Positions 44,052 through 53,677 of a DNA stretch of 64,000 bases are shown in pieces (position 1 is the first letter of the stretch; every line of letters begins with the position of its first letter). This stretch comes from a virus (lineage: Duplodnaviria > Caudoviricetes): IMG/VR virus record IMGVR_UViG_3300020187_001966; one strand, written 5' to 3'. The notes under the pieces are model-generated. The model made no database searches. It saw only the letters and a list, made by a program, of their open reading frames with translations, and had not been told where the DNA came from. Both the position numbers and the translations under genes were made by a program.

Positions 44052-44360
44052 ATGGCTAGACCCAAACCAACAATTTTAATGGAGTTTACTGATCCTAAAT
44101 CATTTCGCAGTGAACAGTTACTAGCCGCTGAAGCAATCTACGCAGTATTTCATGAGAATAAGCCTATTAATCTACGCAGTCTAAATAGCTTAACAAACTA
44201 TCCAGGCCCTAAGTATAAAAAAGTTAGCTTTAGTAACAGTGGTCATGCGTTTAATTTGGCGGAAAGACTCAACAAGTTATTTAAAACAACTGGATTTACA
44301 GTTGTTAAACTTACAGATGGAACAGTAGTTAAAGAGGATGATGACACCGGATTTTTATAA
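44052..44360 (+). CDS. Conserved phage hypothetical protein
   Basis: MARPKP...GPKYKKVSFSNSGHA.NLA.RLN. Confidence 0.75.
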   Translation: MARPKPTILMEFTDPKSFRSEQLLAAEAIYAVFHENKPINLRSLNSLTNYPGPKYKKVSFSNSGHAFNLAERLNKLFKTTGFTVVKLTDGTVVKEDDDTGFL

Positions 44361-44697
44361 GCAAGTACTAGCACATGCTAAAACTATGCAATATGGTGAA
44401 CGATTCAATCTACGAAACATTTTCAAAAACTACCGCAATGGTAAAGGCCTCAGCTTAACTAAGTTTGGGGTCGTTGTCTTGATGGATATGGGGGTAGAAG
44501 CTGAAAGGTTTATACTCAAAGAGCCAGCAGTGTTTACTGCCAAGCTCAGAACATTACTGGATAGATATAACCAGTATCCTTATTATATTACTAGACATGA
44601 ATTAATTTTATATGGAAGTGAAGATCGTATGTTGTATAAATTATACGGTCATGATTTAGACGCTTGGGTAGAACATATGGAAGCAAACTTAGATTAA
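44338..44697 (+). CDS. Conserved phage hypothetical protein
   Basis: GLSLTKFG...PYY...L.LY. Confidence 0.65.
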   Translation: MMTPDFYKQVLAHAKTMQYGERFNLRNIFKNYRNGKGLSLTKFGVVVLMDMGVEAERFILKEPAVFTAKLRTLLDRYNQYPYYITRHELILYGSEDRMLYKLYGHDLDAWVEHMEANLD

Positions 44698-44742
44698 AGT
44701 GGGGCTGATTTCCTATACAGGTTTTCAGCCAAGTAGGGTTAA

Positions 44743-44976
44743 TTACTTACGGTTCCAAATTCCCCATAAGACCCATATTGCGATCAGACCCATAACGCCC
44801 TGAGCACCTAGAGATGCTAACATTGCACTTACGTTGTCTACTACAGATAGTCCTGATGGCATGAATGGCATATTGCCCATACCTAGTACTTCTGCGATGA
44901 TCACTAGAGCCGCTAAACTAACACCAACTTCTGCTAATGCGCCTGCCCACTCTTTTACTTTGTTCAAAATATCCAT
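44743..44976 (-). CDS. Small 2-TM membrane protein
   Basis: SD GGGAG; two hydrophobic helices; possible ATAAGTA late element upstream. Confidence 0.7.
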   Translation of the reverse strand: MDILNKVKEWAGALAEVGVSLAALVIIAEVLGMGNMPFMPSGLSVVDNVSAMLASLGAQGVMGLIAIWVLWGIWNRK

Positions 44977-45083
44977 GATACTTCTCCCTTTCTCTTTCGT
45001 TGTACAAAAAGCGATATTCTGCTTTCTGTACTACTACTTATCTGATTTCAGCAAAAAAAGTGAAAAAAAGTGCCTTTTAGGGC

Positions 45084-45112
45084 TTGACACCAAGACGTAT
45101 TGGTGCTATAGT
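45084..45112 (+). promoter_or_regulatory. sigma70-type early promoter with A-tract UP element
   Basis: TTGACA-17-TATAGT, TG extension; AAAAAAAGTG x2 upstream. Confidence 0.88.
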
Positions 45113-45144
45113 ATATGTATAAGTTAAGCAAACAGGAGTTACAC

Positions 45145-45375
45145 ATGTTTAGAATCCCTTCATTTTACAAAGATACAGTAGACTTTAAAACTGCTTGGAA
45201 CACAATTACTAACTTTGGTCGTGGCGATGCTCTTGAAGGTATGAACGCTATGAACCGTGTTTGGGAAGAGCATTGTGCTAGTGGTGAAGAAGATGATACG
45301 TTTTTTGAGAACTACGAATATGAAGTAAATGCTTACAATGCTGTATTTTCAAATATGAATAAACTTTTTGCTTGA
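45145..45375 (+). CDS. Small acidic early protein
   Basis: Start moved to ATG 45145 behind AGGAG, downstream of the promoter. Confidence 0.7.
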   Translation: MFRIPSFYKDTVDFKTAWNTITNFGRGDALEGMNAMNRVWEEHCASGEEDDTFFENYEYEVNAYNAVFSNMNKLFA

Positions 45376-45400
45376 CACCGTCCGCCAATGTCTATATACT
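45372..45400 (+). promoter_or_regulatory. sigma70-type early promoter
   Basis: TTGACA-17-TATACT. Confidence 0.85.
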
Positions 45401-45431
45401 GTAGACATAACATCCAACCAGGAGATATAAA

Positions 45432-46523
45432 ATGGATTTACAAACACGCACCGTAAAACTTTCAGAACTTCAAAAGTATGTAAAGCATCACTTTCGTACT
45501 AAACGTCCTATGATGGTCTGGGGACCACCAGGTATTGGCAAGTCTGAAACGTTTCAACAGATTACAGATTCCTATATTGCTGAAGGCAAAAAAGCCAAGC
45601 TAATTGATGCTCGCTTGTCACTATGGGATCCAACCGACCTTAAAGGTTATCCTTACTACAATAAGGAAACTAACCGGATGAGCTTTAGCTCTCCAGATGA
45701 ACTTCCTACAGAAGCTGAAGCCGCAGAGTACGATATTATTGTACTGTTCCTAGACGAACTTAACGGTGCCGCTCCTGCTACACAGGCTGCTGCTTACCAG
45801 TTGATCCTTAACCGTGCTATTGGCAAATACAAACTACCAGACAATGTAGTTATTGCCGCCGCAGGTAACCGTGAGACTGACAAGGGTGTTACATATCGTA
45901 TGCCTAAGCCGCTTGCTAACCGCTTCCTACACTATGAAGTACGTGTTGACTTTCAAGACTGGTTTGACTGGGCTATTAAAAACAACCAGCATCCTGACGT
46001 AATTGGTTATGTTACTACGTTTAAAGACGACTTGTATAACTTTGATGCTAGCAGTGCTGAACGTTCGTTTGCTACACCACGTACTTGGGCGTTTATCTCA
46101 GATACTATTGAGGATGTAGAAGGATTTAATGAAGAAGAAGTAACTGATATGGTTGCCGCTGGTATTGGTGAAGGACTTGCTCTCAAGTTTAAAGCACACC
46201 GCCAAGTTGCCGCTCAGTTGCCTAACCCTACAGACATTCTGGACGGTAAGGTCAAAGAACTGAAAACAGATAACATTAGTGCCAAGTATTCACTTACTAC
46301 TGCGCTATGTTACGAGCTTAAAGATAGCTTTGATAATAAAAAGGACGAAATGACACGTTTTGATAACTTCCTTGAGTTTGTACAAAACAACTTTGAAGCA
46401 GAAATGGTTGTTATGGCATGTACAATTGCGCTAGGCAAGTATGCTATTCGTCCAAAGTTTAATCAGCTAAAGAACTGGAAAGGCTTTATTGCCAAGTACG
46501 GTACGCTGATTGAAATGGCGTAA
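45432..46523 (+). CDS. MoxR-like AAA+ ATPase
   Basis: WGPPGIGKS, LFLDELN, AAGNR, PLANRF, ATPRTW. Confidence 0.9.
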   Translation: MDLQTRTVKLSELQKYVKHHFRTKRPMMVWGPPGIGKSETFQQITDSYIAEGKKAKLIDARLSLWDPTDLKGYPYYNKETNRMSFSSPDELPTEAEAAEYDIIVLFLDELNGAAPATQAAAYQLILNRAIGKYKLPDNVVIAAAGNRETDKGVTYRMPKPLANRFLHYEVRVDFQDWFDWAIKNNQHPDVIGYVTTFKDDLYNFDASSAERSFATPRTWAFISDTIEDVEGFNEEEVTDMVAAGIGEGLALKFKAHRQVAAQLPNPTDILDGKVKELKTDNISAKYSLTTALCYELKDSFDNKKDEMTRFDNFLEFVQNNFEAEMVVMACTIALGKYAIRPKFNQLKNWKGFIAKYGTLIEMA

Positions 46524-46544
46524 CACAGTTACGTCACTCCTGGT

Positions 46545-46580
46545 GAAGTAGGGTGTCGGCGGGCGCCCTACTTCTTTCTT
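46545..46580 (+). terminator. Rho-independent terminator
   Basis: GAAGTAGGGTGTC-ggcg-GGCGCCCTACTTC followed by TTTCTT. Confidence 0.8.
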
Positions 46581-46599
46581 AAATAATTAAACTTAGTGC

Positions 46600-46628
46600 T
46601 TGACATACAGTATATTATCGTTTATAGT
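46600..46628 (+). promoter_or_regulatory. sigma70-type early promoter
   Basis: TTGACA-17-TATAGT. Confidence 0.85.
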
Positions 46629-46653
46629 GTATGTATAACAACCGGAGAATACT

Positions 46654-47874
46654 ATGCAAACTTTTAAATCAGCAAAAGAAAAACTAGTAACAGCTCGTGT
46701 AAAAATGCTGTTTAAGCAGCCATTTTTTGGTAACATTGCCTGTCGTCTACAGTTAGTAGAAGTAGAACCAGACGGCTGGTGTACTACTGCCGCTGTTGAT
46801 GGGCGTAACTTTTACTATAACGCAGAGTTTGTTAACAAGTTAGATTTAGATGAAACAGTATTCCTAGTTGGACATGAAGTTGGACACTGTGTATATGAAC
46901 ACTTTCTCCGCAGAGGTGATCGTGATCCTCAAATCTGGAACATGGCTGGCGATTATAAAATTAATGCGATGCTAGTACGTGAAAAGATTGGACGTTTAAT
47001 TGATAAAGTTAAACCACTTTATGACAAAAAATATGAGTCAGACGAGTGGTGGACTGAAAATGTATATGACCAATTAAAGAAAGACGGTGTTGCTCCACAA
47101 CAAACACTAGATATTCACTTGGATATCGAAGGTGATGGAGACAATGGTACTAGTGGTAACGGCACTAAAGACGGTAAAAGCAAACCTACTATCACTAAAG
47201 ATGACGCAAAGGCTATCGCAGATGAACTTAAAAATGCTGTAATACAAGCGGCGCAAAGTGTAGGTGCTGGTAATGTACCAGGCGATATACGCCGTATGAT
47301 TGGCGAACTTACAGAGCCTAAAATGGACTGGCGTCAAATGATCCGTGTTACACTGGAGAGCAACCTTACTAGCGACTTTACTTTTATGACACCTAACCGC
47401 AAGAGCCAGTTTAACAATGTAGTGCTACCTGGCATGTTAAAAGATCAACAGATCGATATTGCTATTGCGCTAGACGTTAGTGGATCAATTAGCGATACTG
47501 ATACTCGTGACTTCCTAAGTGAAGTACAAGGTATCATGGATCAGTTTCAAAGCTATAAGATTCGTATCTGGTGCTTTGATACAGAAGTTAGCGGTTACGA
47601 TGAGTTTACAGATGACGATGGACGTTCGATTACAGAGTTCGAAATGACTGGTGGTGGCGGTACTAAATTTATGCCTAACTGGGACTTTATGAAGGCACGT
47701 GGTATTGAGCCAGATCAGTTTATTATGTTTACAGATGGTGAACCTTGGAAAAGTTGGGGAGATCCAGACTATTGCGATACAATGTTCCTTATTAAAAACC
47801 CATGGAGCAAACCTGTTGCGCCATTTGGACAAAGTGTTTACTATGAAGCACAATCACAAAAACAGGCAGCATAA
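46654..47874 (+). CDS. DUF2201-type metallopeptidase-like plus VWA domain protein
   Basis: TAAVDG, GHEVGH (HExxH), WNMAGD; IALDVSGSIS MIDAS, GGGGT, FTDG. Confidence 0.88.
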   Translation: MQTFKSAKEKLVTARVKMLFKQPFFGNIACRLQLVEVEPDGWCTTAAVDGRNFYYNAEFVNKLDLDETVFLVGHEVGHCVYEHFLRRGDRDPQIWNMAGDYKINAMLVREKIGRLIDKVKPLYDKKYESDEWWTENVYDQLKKDGVAPQQTLDIHLDIEGDGDNGTSGNGTKDGKSKPTITKDDAKAIADELKNAVIQAAQSVGAGNVPGDIRRMIGELTEPKMDWRQMIRVTLESNLTSDFTFMTPNRKSQFNNVVLPGMLKDQQIDIAIALDVSGSISDTDTRDFLSEVQGIMDQFQSYKIRIWCFDTEVSGYDEFTDDDGRSITEFEMTGGGGTKFMPNWDFMKARGIEPDQFIMFTDGEPWKSWGDPDYCDTMFLIKNPWSKPVAPFGQSVYYEAQSQKQAA

Positions 47875-47880
47875 ATAATA

Positions 47881-48162
47881 ATGAAGATAATAAAACAAAA
47901 ATATGCCTTGAGCGAACAAGACATGATGATGTTAGATACACGTATAATTTCAGCTATGATGAAACATCGGTACGTTGTAGAGTTTGATGATACTCCTGAC
48001 ATTGACAGTTTAGATTTTAATGGTTGCCAAGGTTTCTATCATATAAAAAGTTTAAAGAGTAAATTGTATCAGTTTTGGTTTGAAAAACCCACTGATGGTG
48101 AAGCATTTTACTCTACCATAATTGCGTATAAGATGAGCATGTCTTCTGACAATGATAAATAA
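47881..48162 (+). CDS. Hypothetical protein
   Basis: ATAAATA at 47871-47877 immediately upstream. Confidence 0.6.
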   Translation: MKIIKQKYALSEQDMMMLDTRIISAMMKHRYVVEFDDTPDIDSLDFNGCQGFYHIKSLKSKLYQFWFEKPTDGEAFYSTIIAYKMSMSSDNDK

Positions 48163-48201
48163 ATGCGTATATAATAAAGTAAGTCAATATAGGAGAATAA
48201 T

Positions 48202-48495
48202 ATGACTAATGAAAACCAAACAGCTGAAGAGCCAATCACAACAGATGGTGCGACACCTGAACTACCAGAAGTAGAACAAGCAGAACCAGTAACACTGGGC
48301 GTTGCTGATCTACAAAATGCGGCGCAAGTAATTGACGTTGCTGTATCACGTGGCGCATTTCGTGCGGCAGAAGCGGCACAGGTTGGAACAGTATTCAACC
48401 GTCTTGCGGCATTTATCCAAAGTGTCCAAGAACAACAAGGTGACGGAGAATCAGCTGAAGCTGATGCTGCTGCTCCAACAACGGAAGCACAGTAA
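48202..48495 (+). CDS. Conserved phage protein
   Basis: ATAAATA at 48155; SD AGGAGA; DL.....IDVAVSRGAFR..E...VG..FNRL..FI. Confidence 0.75.
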   Translation: MTNENQTAEEPITTDGATPELPEVEQAEPVTLGVADLQNAAQVIDVAVSRGAFRAAEAAQVGTVFNRLAAFIQSVQEQQGDGESAEADAAAPTTEAQ

Positions 48496-48507
48496 GGAGG
48501 CATCCCA

Positions 48508-49164
48508 ATGGCGAAGAATATGAAACATATAGGAAAAATTGCTAATACTGGACTAAAGTGTGTTGTAGTTTTCCGTGAAATCTACGATGAAAGAGGAAAT
48601 GTCATTGATGACAAAAACTGTCTTATTGTAGAAACTGAACGTCTTCCAGATATGGAACACGATGATGTAGTACGAGTAGTACAATCACCTGAAGCACAAG
48701 ATGCAATTGAATTTTATCAAATTGCGCATCGTAGTTTGTTTAGTGATGGTGAAAATATGCTTAAACGACTTCATGATAAAGGTTACTTGAAAAAGTATCC
48801 AACAGATCAAATTAACATGACACCAAATAATCATACTAGTGTCAAGTTAAGTGATATCAATCATATCGTTCGTAAGCAATCATCTGGTATGAGTGAACGT
48901 GATATTGCTAATTCAATGGTAGATGATACTGACTCTCCGCCACGGACGCAAACCACATTTGATCCAACACAAACTATTGACCAAGCGGTTAATACTAGTG
49001 AGCAAGTATTGGACGAAACATCTATTGCCAAAAATTTATTAAGCCAAGCTGATACTTTTTTAGCAGAAGCAGAACGTCTTAGAGATGAAGCATACGATAT
49101 GGCTCCTGACTTAAAGCCAAAGCGTGGGCGTCCTAAGAAGGCAACTGTTAGTGCCAATACGTAA
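48508..49164 (+). CDS. Conserved phage hypothetical protein
   Basis: SD AAGGAGG; C-terminal AT-hook-like KRGRPKK. Confidence 0.75.
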   Translation: MAKNMKHIGKIANTGLKCVVVFREIYDERGNVIDDKNCLIVETERLPDMEHDDVVRVVQSPEAQDAIEFYQIAHRSLFSDGENMLKRLHDKGYLKKYPTDQINMTPNNHTSVKLSDINHIVRKQSSGMSERDIANSMVDDTDSPPRTQTTFDPTQTIDQAVNTSEQVLDETSIAKNLLSQADTFLAEAERLRDEAYDMAPDLKPKRGRPKKATVSANT

Positions 49165-49486
49165 AAAGGATCGCACTTTTCAGAATATAATACGTGATGT
49201 TGACATTGGTAATGTTCCACTAGACTACATTGAACGTCTTATACTAGTATTGGAAAACGGAGATAGAGTTATCTTCGAAGGTGAAGATATTAGAGACATT
49301 GAAGAGGATAACATAATCCTTTTCATTTTAGCTGCTGTAGATGATTTGGCTGAAGATTACCAAAGCCCAGTTCAAGATTTAGAAATAGTCATTGACTATA
49401 ATAAACTAGAAGCTGAAGTACGTGGTCTTACAGAAAAATTATTAAACAAGGAAAAAGATGATGATCCGAGCGATACTAGCGTGTGA
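49151..49486 (+). CDS. Acidic hypothetical protein
   Basis: GTG start inferred. Confidence 0.6.
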   Translation: MPIRKKDRTFQNIIRDVDIGNVPLDYIERLILVLENGDRVIFEGEDIRDIEEDNIILFILAAVDDLAEDYQSPVQDLEIVIDYNKLEAEVRGLTEKLLNKEKDDDPSDTSV

Positions 49487-49931
49487 TGAAAATTGGGGCA
49501 TCGGTAAATCCGGTGCCCTTCCTTGGCCACACAACCCTGCTGACCTAAAATGGTTTAAAGCATCAACATTAAATCATACTATAGTAATGGGCAAGGCAAC
49601 ATGGGATAGTTTACCCGTCAAGCCGTTGTCCAATCGTGTCAATGTTGTTGTTTCTAGTTCTGATATACTTGCTAAGGTTGATGTATTATCAATCAGTGAC
49701 TTACGCCGCCGTCTATCGTCGATGGATGCTGAACAAGATGTATGGATTATTGGTGGTGCTAGATTGATTGAAGGTATGATGGACTATATTGACGAGTTCC
49801 ATTTAAGCCAAATCAAAGGCAATTACAATTGTGACACATTTTTACCAAGTACACTGATTCAAGAAAACTATAGTCTAACATCAAGTCAATTTCAAGGCGA
49901 TGTTTATGTTGATGTATGGAGTAAACGTTGA
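49458..49931 (+). CDS. folA: Dihydrofolate reductase
   Basis: GIGKSGALPW, DLKWFK, VMGKATWDSL, RVNVVVS, IIGGA, CDTF. Confidence 0.93.
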   Translation: MMIRAILACDENWGIGKSGALPWPHNPADLKWFKASTLNHTIVMGKATWDSLPVKPLSNRVNVVVSSSDILAKVDVLSISDLRRRLSSMDAEQDVWIIGGARLIEGMMDYIDEFHLSQIKGNYNCDTFLPSTLIQENYSLTSSQFQGDVYVDVWSKR

Positions 49932-50359
49932 AGATATTAATATTTGGATTGCCTGGTAGTGGCAAAAGTACACTGGCAAAACCTTTCGCAGAGCTAATTG
50001 GCGGTGTACACATAAATGCTGACGCAGTTAGAACACAATATAACGACTGGGACTTTAGTCTTGAAGGTCGAAACAGACAAGCATCAAGAATAAAATACTT
50101 GGCAGATGGTGTAGTTATGGCAGGTAAGATTGCTGTTGCTGACTTTGTTTGTCCAACACACCTTACACGTATGGAGTTTAATCCTGACTACACAGTGTGG
50201 ATGGATACTATTTCTCGAGGTAGATTTGAAGATACGAATGATATGTTTGAAACACCTGAGCTTGTAGACTACCATGTTGAGAAATGGTTTGACAACGCAC
50301 ATGAACAACTAATGCCAGTAGTACAGCGTTGGATGAGTATTAATAATAAGAAAGAATAA
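49928..50359 (+). CDS. cysC: Adenylyl-sulfate-kinase-like P-loop kinase
   Basis: GLPGSGKSTLA, NADAVR...DWDFS.EGR, DFVCP, FETP. Confidence 0.75.
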   Translation: MKILIFGLPGSGKSTLAKPFAELIGGVHINADAVRTQYNDWDFSLEGRNRQASRIKYLADGVVMAGKIAVADFVCPTHLTRMEFNPDYTVWMDTISRGRFEDTNDMFETPELVDYHVEKWFDNAHEQLMPVVQRWMSINNKKE

Positions 50360-50362
50360 AGA

Positions 50363-50539
50363 GTGAATAGAACACTTCAAGATGGTACTATAGTACCTGC
50401 TATAGACATGGCAGTAGAACTTAAAGTAGTTACAAAATGTCCAACTAAATGGCGTCTAATAGACGAAGAAACAGGAGTTGAGTACCGAGGAAAACTTCCA
50501 CAAGATGGTGGGTTACACTGGCAAAGGATAGAAGATTAA
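50363..50539 (+). CDS. Hypothetical protein, 58 aa (not in ORF track)
   Basis: GTG start; TAATG coupling to thyA; TKCPTKWRLIDEETG. Confidence 0.6.
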   Translation: MNRTLQDGTIVPAIDMAVELKVVTKCPTKWRLIDEETGVEYRGKLPQDGGLHWQRIED

Positions 50540-51435
50540 TGTACCAATATTTAGAAGCACTACAATGTATTATGGATGACGGAGAAGATGTCAATGACCG
50601 TACTGGCGTTGGCACTCGTACTATTTTTGGATACCAGATGCGGGTTCCATTATCTTACAGTAATTTTCCAGCCGTAACAACAAAGAAACTAGCATGGAAG
50701 AGTGTAGTAGGAGAGCTGTTATGGTTCTTAGAAGGCAATACAGATGAACGTAGATTAGCAGAGATCACATTTGAGAAAGATCGAGAACAACTGTCGGATA
50801 AGAATACCATCTGGACTGCCAACGCTAACAAACAAGCAAAAGAATTAGGCTATGTAAAAGATGACGATCAAGACTATAAAGTTCTTGGTCCAGTATATGG
50901 ACATCAATGGCGTAACTTCGACGGAGAGTATTGGGTTAGTACACCACACCTTAAAGGTACAGATCAGATTAGCTGGATCATTAATGAGATTAAAACTAAT
51001 CCAGATAGTAGACGTATTATACTAAGTGCTTGGAACCCTAATCAACTTGATAAAATGACGTTGCCTCCTTGTCATACACTGGCACAGTTTAGGGTAATGA
51101 ACGGCAAACTAAGTTGTCAATTGTATCAGCGTAGTGCTGACATGTTCTTGGGAGTGCCGTTTAACATTGCTAGTTATAGTTTGCTTACTCACATGCTAGC
51201 GCAAATATGTGATTTAGAAGTAGGTACATTTATATGGACTGGCGGCGATTGCCACATATACAATAACCACATGGAGCAAGTAAAGCAACAACTAGAACGT
51301 ACACCTGCGGATGGTCCTATACTAGAGATGCCAGAGTTCAGTACACTAGAAGAATTACTAGCTACTAAACCAAGTGATTATAATCTTGTAGGATATGATC
51401 CAATGCCAACTATTAAAGCACCAATGGCGGTATAA
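50539..51435 (+). CDS. thyA: Thymidylate synthase
   Basis: DRTGVGT, ELLWFL, LGPVYGHQWR, LPPCH, YQRSADMFLGVPFN. Confidence 0.96.
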   Translation: MYQYLEALQCIMDDGEDVNDRTGVGTRTIFGYQMRVPLSYSNFPAVTTKKLAWKSVVGELLWFLEGNTDERRLAEITFEKDREQLSDKNTIWTANANKQAKELGYVKDDDQDYKVLGPVYGHQWRNFDGEYWVSTPHLKGTDQISWIINEIKTNPDSRRIILSAWNPNQLDKMTLPPCHTLAQFRVMNGKLSCQLYQRSADMFLGVPFNIASYSLLTHMLAQICDLEVGTFIWTGGDCHIYNNHMEQVKQQLERTPADGPILEMPEFSTLEELLATKPSDYNLVGYDPMPTIKAPMAV

Positions 51436-52115
51436 TGAACCATAAAATTCTTTATAAATTAGAAGAGCTAATACATACTAGTCCACAATTATTGCGACAA
51501 CGATTAACATTAAAGCAAGCCATACAAGGTACGTTTGATGTAGAAATTGACGATGTAGACTATGACACCATTGGTGAACTAGTAGACAGAATTGATGATA
51601 AGGTACTAAGTCATTACTTTTGCAATGTATGGCAAAGTGAAATGAAAAAATACAAGTACAGTGGGCTTACATTAATTGACGAAGTAAACAAATTAAAGCC
51701 TAGAGCAGTGTTAGATATTGGGTGTGGATATCACGAGTTTAAAGGCAAAATAGATAATTTAGTAGGCATTGATCCGTATAACGATAAATCAGATGTAAAA
51801 GTAAAATTACTAGATTATAGACCATCTCAAAAGTTTGATGCAACACTAGCACTGGGTAGTATTAATTTTGGTAGTACTGATAAAATATTTGCAGAACTAG
51901 AACATGCTGTTAGTTTGTGCAATCCTGGTGCTGTTATGTTTTTTAGAGTTAATCCAGGCTTACCACATGAAGCAGACGAAAGTAATTGGATTAGCTTTTA
52001 TCCATGGGATAGTAACTTTGTTGTTAACTGTGCTAGTCAGCTTAACGTTGACATATTAGATTTAAGAACAGATTCACACAAGAACAGAATGTATTTTGTG
52101 TGGCGGACTAAATAA
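51435..52115 (+). CDS. Class I SAM-dependent methyltransferase
   Basis: VLDIGCG, GIDP, FDATLALGSINF. Confidence 0.8.
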   Translation: MNHKILYKLEELIHTSPQLLRQRLTLKQAIQGTFDVEIDDVDYDTIGELVDRIDDKVLSHYFCNVWQSEMKKYKYSGLTLIDEVNKLKPRAVLDIGCGYHEFKGKIDNLVGIDPYNDKSDVKVKLLDYRPSQKFDATLALGSINFGSTDKIFAELEHAVSLCNPGAVMFFRVNPGLPHEADESNWISFYPWDSNFVVNCASQLNVDILDLRTDSHKNRMYFVWRTK

Positions 52116-52216
52116 GTATACAATATTGCTAACGCTCTGATCAAAAAGAAGTTCAGTAATATAACCCCCAATATTTTTAATTTAAGGAGCAGCTAGATTC
52201 TAGCTGTTGTATTTCT
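52108..52216 (+). promoter_or_regulatory. Putative late promoter (CTAAATA/ATAAGTA) and structured tctA leader
   Basis: CTAAATAAGTA at 52108; AAGGAG 52184-52189 followed by hairpin CAGCTAG-att-CTAGCTG. Confidence 0.45.
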
Positions 52217-53668
52217 ATGGACTATTACATTGTTGTATTATTATTAGGTGTGTTTTACGGATTTTTCGTAGGGCTCGTTCCTGTGGCTGGTGCTACAACT
52301 GGACTGATTGCAGTTTACAGTTTTGTAGGCTACTTTGAAGATCCTTACATGCTAGTTGTGTTTACTACAGCCATTGTAGTTACTAGCAGTATAGGAGATA
52401 CATTTTGCGGTGTTGTTATGAATATACCAGGAGCAGGCGGTGCCGCCGCTACTATGGTAGATGGATTTCCAATGTCAAGAAGAGGTGAAGCCGCTAGAGC
52501 ACTTAGTGCTGCAATTAGTACAAGTTGGATAAACGGATTAATATGGGGCTTGGCTGTGTTCTTGTTTCTGCCTTACTATACTAAAATTGTACTGTATTTT
52601 GGTACAGCAGAAATGTTTTCGTTCTTGATATTTGCTATGACTTGTGTTATATTTGTTAGTAGTAAGTATTGGTTCCGTGGCGCTGTAGCATTAGTTGCTG
52701 GCGTTGCTGTTGGGCATATTGGTATGGATCCAAATACTGCTAGTGTACGTTGGACTATGGATTGGGAATATCTTGGAGCAGGTGTACAAATAATACCATT
52801 AATGGCAGGAGTGTTAGCATTTCCAGAACTAGTAAGTGCATATCGTATGCGAGCAGAAAAGATAAAATTAACTAATGGTGTTATTGTTGAACAACTAATA
52901 CAAGGTGTTCGAGACACTTGGCGTTATAAGTGGGATGGATTACGTGGAGGTCTAATAGGAGGCTTTATCGGACTAGTACCAGGCATAGGCGGAGCAATTG
53001 CTGATTGGTTTGCATATAGCCAAACTGTTGCACTTGGAAAACGTGATGGAGAAAATGTTGGACAAGGTCATGTTAGAGGAGTAATAGGTTGTGAAGGTGC
53101 AAACAATGCACAAAAGGCAACCAGTTATGTTCCTACAGTGTTGTTTGGTATCCCTGGCGCACCATTTGAAGTTATAGTAATGGGACTGTTGATGTATGTT
53201 GGACTTGAGCTAGGTACACCAAGTGTACTAGAAGATCAAAGATTTTTTGATGTACTACTCAGTAGTTACTTGTGGAGTTTGTTACTCATACTGCCTATTA
53301 GTTATGGGTTTATCAAGTATGCAGTGTATATAACAAACCTTCCGTTTAAGTATTACTTCTGGCCTATACTAGCAAGTTTAGTTTGGGCTAGTACACAGTA
53401 CACAGGCATGATAGATGATTATGCTATGTTAGCTATTTGTTGTGTTGTAGGCATGGCAATGAAGTATCTGAAGTTCAGTAGAGTGAGCTTCTTGATTGGT
53501 TTTATTCTTAGTGCTAGATTAGAATCAAGTTGGGTACAGTTTGATACATTTGGTTATGGGTGGCAAGATTTGCTACTAAAACCACTACCAGCTGTATTCA
53601 TAACCCTAGCAATTGCAGCCGCAATTTGGGGAATATTTTTTAATAAAGCACGTATTGATTTTGTATAG
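52217..53668 (+). CDS. tctA: Tripartite tricarboxylate transporter, large membrane subunit
   Basis: Polytopic; IPGAGGAAATMVDGFPMSRRG, GLVPGIGG, EGANNA, LFGIPG. Confidence 0.88.
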   Translation: MDYYIVVLLLGVFYGFFVGLVPVAGATTGLIAVYSFVGYFEDPYMLVVFTTAIVVTSSIGDTFCGVVMNIPGAGGAAATMVDGFPMSRRGEAARALSAAISTSWINGLIWGLAVFLFLPYYTKIVLYFGTAEMFSFLIFAMTCVIFVSSKYWFRGAVALVAGVAVGHIGMDPNTASVRWTMDWEYLGAGVQIIPLMAGVLAFPELVSAYRMRAEKIKLTNGVIVEQLIQGVRDTWRYKWDGLRGGLIGGFIGLVPGIGGAIADWFAYSQTVALGKRDGENVGQGHVRGVIGCEGANNAQKATSYVPTVLFGIPGAPFEVIVMGLLMYVGLELGTPSVLEDQRFFDVLLSSYLWSLLLILPISYGFIKYAVYITNLPFKYYFWPILASLVWASTQYTGMIDDYAMLAICCVVGMAMKYLKFSRVSFLIGFILSARLESSWVQFDTFGYGWQDLLLKPLPAVFITLAIAAAIWGIFFNKARIDFV

Positions 53669-53677
53669 GAGATGAAA

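Noticed and set aside
45432-46523. Annotation as cobS (cobalamin AMG)
   Set aside because: It is a generic MoxR-type AAA+ paired with a peptidase-VWA protein, and no cobalamin genes are nearby.
51435-51620. ACP-like N-terminus on the methyltransferase (FDVEIDD...TIGELVDRI)
   Set aside because: It resembles only the ACP C-terminal helices and has no DSL phosphopantetheine serine motif.
52118-52183. Riboswitch upstream of tctA
   Set aside because: Only weak AT-rich pairings, with no recognisable aptamer consensus.
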